Shown here piece after piece: positions 26,401 to 34,440 of a stretch of 64,000 nt of DNA. Source of the stretch: a virus; the IMG/VR virus record IMGVR_UViG_3300021197_001279, positions 22,005 to 86,004 of that record; one strand, 5' to 3'. A program made the position numbers and the translations under genes. Each line of letters starts with the position of its first letter. The first letter of the stretch is position 1. The notes below the pieces were generated by a model. That model did not search any database. It saw nothing but the letters and a program-made list of their open reading frames with translations, and had not been told where the DNA came from.

Positions 26401-26637
26401 ACCAAGAATAAGATAAGTTGGTGCAATGTCAGCCAAGTTTTTAAGAAAGTCAGAGCATAGTTCAAAATACTCTGGGGATAGTTGCGTTTTAGTATGGGCA
26501 ATGTCTCCAGTGTGAATGATGTAATCTGGTTGTTCTCTTTCAAGAGATTCGTAAATCTGTTTGAAAACTATTTTGTATTCTTCTTGATACTTTACATTTC
26601 GAATGTGCGTATCACTAATGTGAGCAAATCTAGTCAT
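23482..26637 (-). CDS. Fused Mre11-Rad50 (SbcD-SbcC, gp47-gp46) nuclease/ATPase
   Basis: ISDTH, GDIAH, GNHD, HG and GDIH phosphoesterase motifs; GKNYSGKSS Walker A; CRFC zinc hook within coiled coil; FILDEP Walker B; ISH switch. Confidence 0.92.
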   Translation of the reverse strand: MTRFAHISDTHIRNVKYQEEYKIVFKQIYESLEREQPDYIIHTGDIAHTKTQLSPEYFELCSDFLKNLADIAPTYLILGNHDGNLKNDNRQDAITPIIETLGHPNLHLLKNSGETRLGKKITLNVLSVFDRDNWMAPSSKSRINIALYHGAIRGCKISDGFTLESGEDSINIFDEFDYAMLGDIHRKQKLDEEGRIWYAGSTVQQNFGESLLKGYLLWDIRGKKKFKVEPRLFMSPRPFVTVQINQDGTLPKADVPRNARLRLVSHYNLPLAKLRRACDYARTKWSAYTVNFVNKAGYSGLGLDGDNPDSKIINMRDPNTQEKYIKEFLGDKEITDDVLDRIIELNSNYNKQIETSEDISRNIIWKLRKMKWNNLFNYGEKNELDFTKLNGLVGIFGKNYSGKSSIIDSVLFGMFNTTSKTERKNVHLINQNKDRARVQLEIGVGNDTFKITRSLESYEKKSKGTVTKEAKTDLDFTKYALGTMAESKNGTTRNETDLNIRRAFGTFEDFMITSMSSQLDSLGFINEGSTKRKEILAKFLDLQMFEEKHKLAKKDSAELKGIIKHLSTIDWHKKLVHGQEALEEILEEIAQQSGLCEKLKARIKELEEESDLIEDQLRSVEDGWIDITQIETDLEEKTREKSNLVGKIKLMGISRTEFQTKLEDVVSKIDPEELSRLDVLVQKHKELLYEHEQMTLDLRPKETKLRNLNKKIAMLHDHEYDPNCRFCSDNKFVKDANKAKADAPAIEAQISNLQDEIAFLESEMEALDFDTITQQREQLVSFEEQKSDFEAKIQKITTQIQMWQATKQLVKSEIRELRKKKDHYYENQEAFDNIDSLKRDVRSVRAMIENKTRDLTRCEKKTMGLVSEEGATRQQIKEAEAKLAEIQTYERDYIAYDLFIQAMHPNGVSYRVIRSMLSVINSEIAKILNSIVDFEVFFDNVGSKLEIYIKHPKYDPRPLSMGSGAEKTIASMAIRLGLISITNLPKSELFILDEPATALDAEHMDGFIRLLQMIKSQFKTVLLISHLETLKDVVDMTIDIQKKDGYAHVQI

Positions 26638-26672
26638 TGTTCCTCCTACGTATAGATTCGATATCCTCGGGA

Positions 26673-26679
26673 CTATTTA
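26673..26679 (+). promoter_or_regulatory. Putative late promoter CTATTTA on the + strand
   Basis: ACTATTTAC, 22 nt before the + strand ATG at 26702. Confidence 0.6.
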
Positions 26680-26701
26680 CAAATACCGGGGGGCCTCATG
26701 A

Positions 26702-26869
26702 ATGAACTGGGCGGTTGTTATACTGTTTATTGTAATGTCAATTTTCACATCTGAACTCGTGGATTCTGTGAGGAATCGTCGTAAGTTTGACCTTGCAGAT
26801 CAGTATGTAACTGCACCATTTCTTGGCATTATTTTCCTTGCTGCTTTACTAAGCGGACTCCTCCTCTAG
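26702..26869 (+). CDS. 55-aa two-TM membrane microprotein (MNWAVVILFIVMSIFTSELVDSVRNRRKFDLADQYVTAPFLGIIFLAALLSGLLL)
   Basis: Fills an otherwise empty ~210-nt gap; GGGGGG 8 nt before ATG; hydrophobic-basic loop-hydrophobic layout; own late-promoter motif. Confidence 0.7.
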   Translation: MNWAVVILFIVMSIFTSELVDSVRNRRKFDLADQYVTAPFLGIIFLAALLSGLLL

Positions 26870-27064
26870 GCCGTCTAGGGGAATCTTCAACTCCTCTAGA
26901 GCCGACATGGCAGCCTCCATGTCATCATAGCCATCTCTAATGAAGCCATAATAAAGGGCTTCAACATCATCTGTTAAATTATAGTTATCTGCGTGTCGCT
27001 CGGCTGCTTCTAGCCATGTTTCGTCTTCATCGCGATAAAATGGAATAAAAATATCTTTGCTCAT
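26849..27064 (-). CDS. Small acidic hypothetical protein
   Basis: 71 aa; AAGGAG SD; ATGA overlap with thioredoxin. Confidence 0.65.
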   Translation of the reverse strand: MSKDIFIPFYRDEDETWLEAAERHADNYNLTDDVEALYYGFIRDGYDDMEAAMSALEELKIPLDGLEEESA

Positions 27065-27381
27065 GAGTTCTCCTTATTTGTATTAATAAAACTGTTAATT
27101 TCATCTGCACCTCTGGCACCAATAAGTTCTGCCACATCTTCACCGTTAACAAACATAAGCAGTCTTGGCACAGATCTAACGTTATAATTATTAATTAGTG
27201 ATCTATCCATTGAGTCAATGTCCACCTTATAAAAATAAACATCTGAATGTTCCGGTGTCACACTAGTCATTGTCCTACTCAATACTTTGCACGGTTGGCA
27301 CCATCCGGCTGAAAACTGTATTATAACGTTTCCTGCGGATGTTAACTCTTCAAATTTCTCTCTATTGTCTATAATTTGCAT
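27061..27381 (-). CDS. Thioredoxin
   Basis: FSAGWCQPCK active site, KVDID, VRSVP cis-Pro loop. Confidence 0.9.
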   Translation of the reverse strand: MQIIDNREKFEELTSAGNVIIQFSAGWCQPCKVLSRTMTSVTPEHSDVYFYKVDIDSMDRSLINNYNVRSVPRLLMFVNGEDVAELIGARGADEINSFINTNKENS

Positions 27382-27404
27382 TTTTCTTCCTTTGTTGATT
27401 TATG

Positions 27405-27487
27405 TGGGATTGGGGGGACTTGAACCCCCACGCTCAATGAGCATAGCATTTTAAGTGCCATGTGTCTACCTATTCCACCACAATCCC
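27405..27487 (-). tRNA. trnL: tRNA-Leu (anticodon UAA), CCA end not encoded
   Basis: GGGATTG/CAATCCC acceptor stem; TGGCA-CTTAAAA-TGCTA anticodon arm; long variable arm GCTCATTGAGC; GGGGG-TTCAAGT-CCCCC T arm. Confidence 0.93.
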
Positions 27488-27495
27488 ATAATTTT

Positions 27496-27523
27496 AATGT
27501 AACATGTTCACAAAATTTGTCAA
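27496..27523 (-). promoter_or_regulatory. sigma70-type promoter for tRNA-Leu
   Basis: TTGACA-16 nt-TACATT with extended -10 TG. Confidence 0.6.
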
Positions 27524-28458
27524 ATACTATTGAGCATTTTTTCTAAAAAATACATTTCATTATCTATCGGTACTGATAACTTTAATTTGTCTCGAAATGT
27601 TTCTGGACTCATTGAGCCGATGTCCTCGTAATCATCAATTGGAACCTTATGAATTTCAACATCGTATTGAAGCATCGACATAATAATCCACTTTGCTTTC
27701 TTTTCAGCATCCGGGTCTAAGGCAAGATACACAGGAGTATCATGAGCAGCGATTGCTTGAAACAGTAATGACTCAGGTCGCAGTGTTGAACCAAGAATAG
27801 GGATGGAATTCTCACCAGCAACAATAGCATCAAATGCACCTTCAACAAGAACCAGTGGCTCATCCCAATCAACGCTCAATTCATTAAAGATAATATCTCT
27901 GCCACAAGGCGGATTAAGATACCTACGGTTATGCCCAACATAAGAGCGAGCGATAAAATAGTTAACGTCCCCATCTGAATTAAACGATGGGATAATGACC
28001 CTTCCGCTGTATCTTCCTTTCTCACAGTATCCGATTTTCCATTTAAGGATCTCATTTCTTTCTATACCTCGATTACGTAAATAGTCTAAAGCACGTTTTG
28101 AACCCAAAGGTAGGTGCTTATTGCATAAAGAGACAAACTCAGGAGGAAGATCAATCACTTGCCTTTCTATAACATCGTTCATTTCGTTTAAGATTTTATC
28201 AAACTCAGACAGGTCCATTCGACCAATCAGTTCTAGATACTGTTGTCGTTGCTTGTAATTGCCAAACTTGCGGACAAGACGATAGATGTTCTTGCCACGC
28301 TGATCACATACCCAGCACTTGAAAGCGTTCAGTGAAAAGTTAACTGACATCTTTTTCTTGTGATGACCACAGTATGGACAGTGAAAGAGAAATTCATCAT
28401 TGGATCTTCTATAAGACCCTAGAACTTCTGTTAAAATTTTAAGTTTGTTGTGTTGCAT
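27520..28458 (-). CDS. DNA primase (zinc ribbon + TOPRIM)
   Basis: CPYC..H...CWVC zinc finger; RVIIP; VLVEGAFDA; LALDPDA. Confidence 0.85.
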   Translation of the reverse strand: MQHNKLKILTEVLGSYRRSNDEFLFHCPYCGHHKKKMSVNFSLNAFKCWVCDQRGKNIYRLVRKFGNYKQRQQYLELIGRMDLSEFDKILNEMNDVIERQVIDLPPEFVSLCNKHLPLGSKRALDYLRNRGIERNEILKWKIGYCEKGRYSGRVIIPSFNSDGDVNYFIARSYVGHNRRYLNPPCGRDIIFNELSVDWDEPLVLVEGAFDAIVAGENSIPILGSTLRPESLLFQAIAAHDTPVYLALDPDAEKKAKWIIMSMLQYDVEIHKVPIDDYEDIGSMSPETFRDKLKLSVPIDNEMYFLEKMLNSI

Positions 28459-28474
28459 TTTTACCCCTCATGAA

Positions 28475-28503
28475 AACCTATCACGGCGAGGCAAAGTTGT
28501 CAA
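28475..28503 (-). promoter_or_regulatory. sigma70-type promoter for primase
   Basis: TTGACA-17 nt-TAGGTT with extended -10 TG. Confidence 0.6.
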
Positions 28504-28513
28504 GTATTTTTGG

Positions 28514-29017
28514 TTAAATTCCTGAGAGGGCAACAATAACAGAGTCAGCCATGTCGTCTGTTCCGGGTCTTGGGTTACCGTGTCGTGTTAGTTCTACAAC
28601 AAAATCATTAGGGTATTCGTTAGCAACCCATTCAATGATCATTTTCTTGGTATCGTCTCCACGCTTGATCTTAAGTCCAACTTTCTTTCTGGCTGATGAT
28701 GCGTTGACAAGTTCGGCTTCCATCTCAAAAACAATTGGTACCAAGATAGAAATCATACCATTAAATCGTTGAAGCTTGCTCATGGTCATGGCAGTTGTCT
28801 TCCCGCCAGAGAAAGCCATGAAAGGTGCTTCAATTACAACTTTATTTATATTATAATTATTATTTATATTATTTAATATATCATAAAACTCTAATGCTCT
28901 TGTCTCTAAAGAAACAGAGGATTTAAATTTTTTAAATTGACACATAAGAAGTTTTTTGTCTTGATCAATTATTGAGTAGCCGATCTTACTGCTACTTACA
29001 TCTAAACCTAAAATCAT
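28514..29017 (-). CDS. RuvC-like Holliday junction resolvase
   Basis: ILGLDVSSSKIGYSI, VVIEAP and DDMADS acidic RNase H-fold motifs. Confidence 0.82.
   Translation of the reverse strand: MILGLDVSSSKIGYSIIDQDKKLLMCQFKKFKSSVSLETRALEFYDILNNINNNYNINKVVIEAPFMAFSGGKTTAMTMSKLQRFNGMISILVPIVFEMEAELVNASSARKKVGLKIKRGDDTKKMIIEWVANEYPNDFVVELTRHGNPRPGTDDMADSVIVALSGI
28841..28881. repeat. 41-nt pure A/T tract with a duplicated 13-mer
   Basis: TTATTTATATTAT at 28842-28854 and 28860-28872. Confidence 0.8.
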
Positions 29018-29193
29018 TTGTTACTCTTTAGCAATTGCTCTTCAAGGTCTCTAATCTCTTTCATTAACCTTGAGTATTCTCTAATGTTTCCATTTCTTTG
29101 AAACTCAATGGACTGCTCGTACTTCTTGTCGATCTGGGATCTTATCTTTTCATCCTCAGTCGGAAAGAACAAATTATATATAAATTTAAACAT
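29014..29193 (-). CDS. 59-aa helical protein (DUF6435/Lacal_2735-like)
   Basis: MFKFIYNLFFPTEDEKIRSQIDKKYEQSIEFQRNGNIREYSRLMKEIRDLEEQLLKSNK; GAGG SD; ATGA overlap with the RuvC-like gene; below the ORF track cutoff. Confidence 0.75.
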   Translation of the reverse strand: MFKFIYNLFFPTEDEKIRSQIDKKYEQSIEFQRNGNIREYSRLMKEIRDLEEQLLKSNK

Positions 29194-29214
29194 AAAAAAC
29201 CTCTACTATGTTAA

Positions 29215-29243
29215 ATTATAACACATTTAATCTTAAATGTCAA
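29215..29243 (-). promoter_or_regulatory. Consensus sigma70 promoter opening the early island
   Basis: TTGACA-17 nt-TATAAT with extended -10 TG. Confidence 0.85.
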
Positions 29244-30420
29244 GCTTTAACTTAAACAAAAACTCTCTATCTTCTGTTTTTCTAACAGGGGTTGCAAGTT
29301 TGGCATAACCAATCAGATTCTTCTCATCATCATACAAGGCAACCTTGGAAATGTATGTCTCTTTCCTAAACGGCGGAGTAGAGCCTGTAAATGGCGAATG
29401 CACAACGTTTGCTATCTCCATGCTAGGTTCGGTATACATGTAAGAGGAGGTTGCTTTCGTTGCAAATCTCCTAGAAGCATTGGTATCTTTCAAGTATGTT
29501 GGGTTGTTTGAATGGTTAAGTTCATTATATGGCGCCTTAGCTAGCATAGTTAATGTTTGAATGTCATTGGTACCTTGAAATTCAATGGCGCACGAAGCAG
29601 ATAAAGTTGTCAATGCAACATTAGCCGGTGTTAGGCCGTCGTTAGCACCTCGGCCAAAGTAAATCCATCGAGGACTACCGTTCGTTGAATTGTCAATTAA
29701 GTTCCCAATCACTGCTGGTCCAAGATCAGTTGATCCCGTTAGTAGAATAATTCCTTCGTTGTAAAGTATGGAACCCACAACCCCACCGGTAGTTGAACCA
29801 GAAACTTGAACTAGATCACCATTAAAACGAGAGTCAGATGCTTGCGCTGCAAGTGTCCCAGATACATACCATTTAAGATTAACAGTACCTTTCTTAATCG
29901 ATGAGCCGTAGAAGATACTTGGTATGGTAATCATGTTTACAGCATCAGTGTTCGAACTTGGTGTGGAATAGTAAGTCTCAAAATCATAGCGCGGAGAAAG
30001 ATAGGCATAATGATTGACGGTATTCTTAAGGGCCTGTAGTCTGCGAAAGTCTGTGCCCGTTGTGCTATTTACAAAATACCTTGTGATGGAGGCTGATAGG
30101 TTGTAGCTTGATGTTATTTCTTCTCCACCGTACCCGTATTGCGTGTTCCAATCCTTCTTACTTATTGTCTTGAACGTATTTTTAAAGCCATCCTTGACAA
30201 CAAACGGATAAATTGTTTGCGCAGTGGGCCTATTAATGTTATACTCATAAAGTGAAATAAAACCTACGGGCACCCCTTTAATGTTATCAAAGTGTGTACC
30301 AGAGATGTTTGTTTCGTTATTGATGTATACAGAGCCACTTTGAATGTAGAATTCTACATTCGGGTATGTCTTTATTGTATTGACGAAAAGATCGTCTTCT
30401 GTAAATTTGTAGTATGACAT
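29233..30420 (-). CDS. Baseplate/tail structural protein
   Basis: C-terminal YISKVALYDDEKNLIGYAKLATPVRK motif shared with 30427-31545. Confidence 0.65.
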   Translation of the reverse strand: MSYYKFTEDDLFVNTIKTYPNVEFYIQSGSVYINNETNISGTHFDNIKGVPVGFISLYEYNINRPTAQTIYPFVVKDGFKNTFKTISKKDWNTQYGYGGEEITSSYNLSASITRYFVNSTTGTDFRRLQALKNTVNHYAYLSPRYDFETYYSTPSSNTDAVNMITIPSIFYGSSIKKGTVNLKWYVSGTLAAQASDSRFNGDLVQVSGSTTGGVVGSILYNEGIILLTGSTDLGPAVIGNLIDNSTNGSPRWIYFGRGANDGLTPANVALTTLSASCAIEFQGTNDIQTLTMLAKAPYNELNHSNNPTYLKDTNASRRFATKATSSYMYTEPSMEIANVVHSPFTGSTPPFRKETYISKVALYDDEKNLIGYAKLATPVRKTEDREFLFKLKLDI

Positions 30421-30426
30421 AACATT

Positions 30427-31545
30427 TTAGTAATCCAATCTGGCCCGGATGGTAAATTCTGTATCTGGTGATTTCTTCAGAGGTTCTGATAGTTTGGCAG
30501 TCGCCATCAACTCATTGTTGTCGTTGTAAAGCCCAACAGTAGTAATGTATGCTACAGGGTTGTCAGTAGACTGTGACTTGACACGAATTTTTGAAGAGTC
30601 AACATAAGTTGGGTTTGAACTATAGTTGAATTCATTGTGATTTGCGCGACAGAAGTAAACAGTTGAATTTAACTCAGTTGTGTTATTAAATTGCATGTTG
30701 TAAATTCTACTTCTGATTGCATCGGCAGATGATGAAATCTCAGAACCAGACAGGAATTGAAAACCTGTTACTCCGCTGGTAGCAGAGAAGGCTGTGCTGT
30801 TTAAGGAATTATTTAAGATACCGGCATCAGCCTGATCGTTAAATACAGAACCTGAAATGACAGCGATTCCTGCTTGATAAAAGATCAAACCAACGGAAAA
30901 ACGATTGTTGTTCTTTAACTGTTGTCCGTTTGAAACAGATGCAGTTGCAGACAAGATTCCATATTCTCCAGCAGGTGAATTGACAAGATAACTTGGTGAT
31001 GCTAAAGAAGCACTGTAATCTGTAATTTTAATTCTGTTATTAAAGTTTGTACCAGTGTGAGTGAAAACATCATCAATACCAAGTTCTAATTCAAACGTTC
31101 CTTTTTTAATTTCATCCTTGTTAAGGAGTCTTGAAAAATTAATAAAGAAAACACTGTCTAATTTTGTTCCACCGTCAAGTAGGTTTCCGTCCTCATCAAA
31201 AGCAAGAATAGAACCGGTTGCATCATAACCCATAAGAACCTGAGCCATCTGGTTGTAGATGTTCTTTTTCTTAGTTACTTGTACTGTGGTGTCATCAAAA
31301 AGCGGAGTATCAACACGCAAACCAAAAGTAATATCAAAAATATGGTTCGCCGAAGAACTTAGGTAAGGGTAGTCATAAACTGACTGGAACATTCCGTGGG
31401 TGTAGTTTTTAATGTTTGGCTCAGCACCATAGGTACCTCCAGCACCATACGTACCAGAAATAATTGTTCCAGTTAGTGGGATGGCCTCATGTAGAAGGGT
31501 TCTTGTTGAAACTACATCGTTTTCGTTTAGTGGTTTATACGTCAT
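30427..31545 (-). CDS. Baseplate/tail structural protein
   Basis: C-terminal EFNYSSNPTY...YITTVGLYNDNNELMATAKLSEPLKK. Confidence 0.65.
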   Translation of the reverse strand: MTYKPLNENDVVSTRTLLHEAIPLTGTIISGTYGAGGTYGAEPNIKNYTHGMFQSVYDYPYLSSSANHIFDITFGLRVDTPLFDDTTVQVTKKKNIYNQMAQVLMGYDATGSILAFDEDGNLLDGGTKLDSVFFINFSRLLNKDEIKKGTFELELGIDDVFTHTGTNFNNRIKITDYSASLASPSYLVNSPAGEYGILSATASVSNGQQLKNNNRFSVGLIFYQAGIAVISGSVFNDQADAGILNNSLNSTAFSATSGVTGFQFLSGSEISSSADAIRSRIYNMQFNNTTELNSTVYFCRANHNEFNYSSNPTYVDSSKIRVKSQSTDNPVAYITTVGLYNDNNELMATAKLSEPLKKSPDTEFTIRARLDY

Positions 31546-31554
31546 TTTTTATCC

Positions 31555-32505
31555 TTATGCAAGTCTAATGTACCTAACCGGTACGTCTAAAATACTACCT
31601 GTCTTAACGCCGGTAATTCTAACGTTGGTGTCGATGAAGCGAACACTACTGGTTCCACCACCGCCGGCTGTTCTGTTTGTCAAGGTATCAGTGCCACCTA
31701 GTTCAGTAAATAGGTATGAACTTGTGTTTGTGTCCATTGAGGACTTGATCTTGAACGATACTCGTGTTCCTCTTGGTCCGCTGATTGCTTCAGTTGTCAC
31801 ATTACCATCCTCAAGGATCTCGGTTACAAAAGTGTCTCCAAGGTCTACAGTATAATATGCAACATTATCATCATCGATATAATCAGGGGTCGCCTCGGTG
31901 CCTTCGCGATCTGCTAGCTTACCAAGTCTATTATCCATCTGGACAATATAACTAGTTTCTTTCAACTCATCATCAAGCTTTCTCTTTGGAGAAATTTCTG
32001 TAGTGTTAAGGCCTTGGTCAACCTGTATGTAGTTTTCACTAGCAAGAGTCTCGCCTCGGATAAATCCTTGAACAATGGAGCCATCAGCAGCGACAGCTAC
32101 ACCAGTAGTTGTTGAGGTGCTTCCATCATTATCTTCTGTTTCTGCGTTAACAGCAACCAAAAACGCATTCTTTGTCGCATGTCGCTTGGTGTTATTGTTT
32201 CTTTCGTTAAGAACACAAACAGGCAAAAACAATAACTCAAGATTGTCATAGGTCAGAAGCCTAGTTTTAACGCTAGAAGCGTTGTTTGTGAATGCCTCTA
32301 GAATAGGTGTCTGCAGGATTTCAAGGTCGTAGTATGAACTACCACTAGCATGATTCTTGTTGTAAAGAGAATAATCAATCTCTTCATCTGCAAGAGCAAA
32401 TTTTGTGATCTGGAATGAACCATCACCCTTTGCTAAAACTTTTCTTCCGTGGTCTGTGAGCACGACATCTAGAATAATGTCACCGCTGTTGTCTAAAAAG
32501 GCCAT
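31555..32505 (-). CDS. Baseplate/tail structural protein
   Basis: N-terminal VLTDHGRKVLAKG..FQITKFALADEEIDY, like the start of a tail-collar fibre domain. Confidence 0.65.
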   Translation of the reverse strand: MAFLDNSGDIILDVVLTDHGRKVLAKGDGSFQITKFALADEEIDYSLYNKNHASGSSYYDLEILQTPILEAFTNNASSVKTRLLTYDNLELLFLPVCVLNERNNNTKRHATKNAFLVAVNAETEDNDGSTSTTTGVAVAADGSIVQGFIRGETLASENYIQVDQGLNTTEISPKRKLDDELKETSYIVQMDNRLGKLADREGTEATPDYIDDDNVAYYTVDLGDTFVTEILEDGNVTTEAISGPRGTRVSFKIKSSMDTNTSSYLFTELGGTDTLTNRTAGGGGTSSVRFIDTNVRITGVKTGSILDVPVRYIRLA

Positions 32506-32530
32506 TTAATAACTCCCATTACGTCTTTAA

Positions 32531-32537
32531 TAAATAG
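32531..32537 (-). promoter_or_regulatory. Putative late promoter CTATTTA
   Basis: In a 39-nt gap, 25 nt before ATG 32505. Confidence 0.65.
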
Positions 32538-32544
32538 AATTAAC

Positions 32545-34440
32545 TTAGAATTCTTCTTCTGATTTATTTTTCTTCAATTTAAAATTCACATTATAATCAA
32601 TTATTTTACCTGTTGTTGTAGATTTAACTCGTATTTTGAACCTTCTACCCCAAACAGATTCCTGGGCAACACCCAGTTTTAATCGATCAACCGTCCCCTT
32701 ATAAGTATCTTTGTTGAACAAAACATTCTGTTGTTCGTCAAATAAAGTTTGCTCAATAACCGGAGTTACTTGAAAAAGGCTCTTGAATGCCTTCGACATT
32801 TGATAGACATCCGGCTGTGGAAACTCATATTTACTAACCACTACTTTGGCATCATCTGCATCTGTCAACAGTTCTACTTCATAAACAGGTGAAGGATTTG
32901 ATACCAAGTCTTTTTCATTTATCTTACGAAACATGTAGTAATACTTAGTGTTAGGAGCAACCCGATCAGTAAACATTGCATCTTCAGTCTTGAAAGGTGC
33001 GCCAATTTCAATTAATTTCTTGTCCCTAAAGTCATCATAAGATGATGGTGGCATTTTTGTTTTAAAGATCTCGTACAAACCATCTTCTCGGCTTGTACTA
33101 AATTGAAACAATTGTTGCCCTTCTCGCCTGTTTATTGTCATTTCTTCAAGTTGTCTTTCATCTTCTGGTAAAACAGTGATAAACTCACTCATCATTCTGC
33201 CCTTTGTGGGAGATAAGTAAATGTTTATTTTGTTCTCTGAGTTCATTCTCGTAACAAATCGAACGTCTGGTGGTAGTGACGGAGGCTGGATAACCTTGAT
33301 TGTTTGGGTAAACATCTCAAAAGGTACAATCATGACTGTTGGCTTGTTAACTACGTCTACAAGTGCCTCATCCTCTACAAAACGGAGATTGGTGTACCGA
33401 TAACTATTACCTACCAGAATGTAGTGCGCGGTACCTTTGTACGCATAGGTTTCACCATACTTTATTTGCGAATCCATAAATGTTGAGATGTCATCCTCTG
33501 CCGGTATGTAAACCTGTTGTGCCTTGGGGTCCACTGGTACTCCCAAGTATTTGTCTATGCTGTAACAAAAGTCCTCTTTGTAACACTCAGTGTTGGCCAC
33601 AATGTCCTTAAAGCTTCTGAAGTTTTTTGACAACTGTCTTACATAAGAAAGAAACAGGGTTTTCTTAAAGGTGTTAATCATCTCAGAATCATCTATCTTG
33701 TCCTCGGAGTACAAGTCAGACTCAAATGATTCAGAATTAACCCAATTCAATAAACTGTAGATTGGAACTGGTGTGTCTTCTGAGACTGTCTGATTATTTT
33801 GGACACTAAAGGGAATCTCTACTTTTTCTCCCTCAAGATAATCATTCAGCACTGTATCATACAATCCAACTTTTCTCAGGAAGTTCGTAAAGTCATTTGT
33901 CACTCTGTTCTTAATAGCAATCTCGTTGTAGTAAGGCTTATCGTCAACCTCTTGATGGCCACCTGGTAAAATCAATCGTGATAAATCAGCGCCCTCAGGA
34001 GCCTGAAAGGCTGGGGGTAGTGCAGCTTCTGGAACTGCAACTGAAATTCTGTCGTATTCTGGGGAGTTAAAATTAAAGTTACTAAACACATCATAGGTTG
34101 CGGCAGTTTTATTTAGTGAAATTGTCTCTACATCAAGGGCGTTTTGAGGAATCTCAAATGTTGTGTAGTGGTCTGTGTAGTCTACATCTAACGTTAGATT
34201 TTGAGAGACTAAGGATCTGACCGAAGTACTCACTTTTGAGGTTAATTTAATTGTCTGAACTTCTGCGATAATTCCATCTTTCTCTTCTATTTTACGTCCA
34301 CCGTATTCAAGGTTAAAAAGCCTAGAGTCTATGACTTTAATTCTAGCAGTGCCAAAACCATAATTGTCAACCACTTTGGCAAAACCAGTGGCTACTTTTA
34401 AATTGTCCTGTGTTGATTCGGCTATCTTTACTTTTGGCAT
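32545..34440 (-). CDS. Hypothetical structural protein with FN3-like segments
   Basis: D.QIKYGETYAYK and DRVAPNTKYYYMFR motifs; located in the baseplate block. Confidence 0.55.
   Translation of the reverse strand: MPKVKIAESTQDNLKVATGFAKVVDNYGFGTARIKVIDSRLFNLEYGGRKIEEKDGIIAEVQTIKLTSKVSTSVRSLVSQNLTLDVDYTDHYTTFEIPQNALDVETISLNKTAATYDVFSNFNFNSPEYDRISVAVPEAALPPAFQAPEGADLSRLILPGGHQEVDDKPYYNEIAIKNRVTNDFTNFLRKVGLYDTVLNDYLEGEKVEIPFSVQNNQTVSEDTPVPIYSLLNWVNSESFESDLYSEDKIDDSEMINTFKKTLFLSYVRQLSKNFRSFKDIVANTECYKEDFCYSIDKYLGVPVDPKAQQVYIPAEDDISTFMDSQIKYGETYAYKGTAHYILVGNSYRYTNLRFVEDEALVDVVNKPTVMIVPFEMFTQTIKVIQPPSLPPDVRFVTRMNSENKINIYLSPTKGRMMSEFITVLPEDERQLEEMTINRREGQQLFQFSTSREDGLYEIFKTKMPPSSYDDFRDKKLIEIGAPFKTEDAMFTDRVAPNTKYYYMFRKINEKDLVSNPSPVYEVELLTDADDAKVVVSKYEFPQPDVYQMSKAFKSLFQVTPVIEQTLFDEQQNVLFNKDTYKGTVDRLKLGVAQESVWGRRFKIRVKSTTTGKIIDYNVNFKLKKNKSEEEF

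Noticed and set aside
26717-26741. TTGACA...TATAAC on the - strand as a promoter for Mre11-Rad50
   Set aside because: The spacer is only 13 nt
26677-26829. - strand ORF MPRNGAVTY-TGA-... as a possible selenocysteine or readthrough gene
   Set aside because: TGA is a normal stop throughout the window, no SECIS-like hairpin was seen, and the + strand 55-aa ORF explains the gap better
28078-31713. Intragenic CTATTTA copies (28078 and 31707 on -, 30065 on +; also 11696)
   Set aside because: A 7-mer this AT-rich is expected several times by chance, and these copies are not positioned just upstream of a start codon
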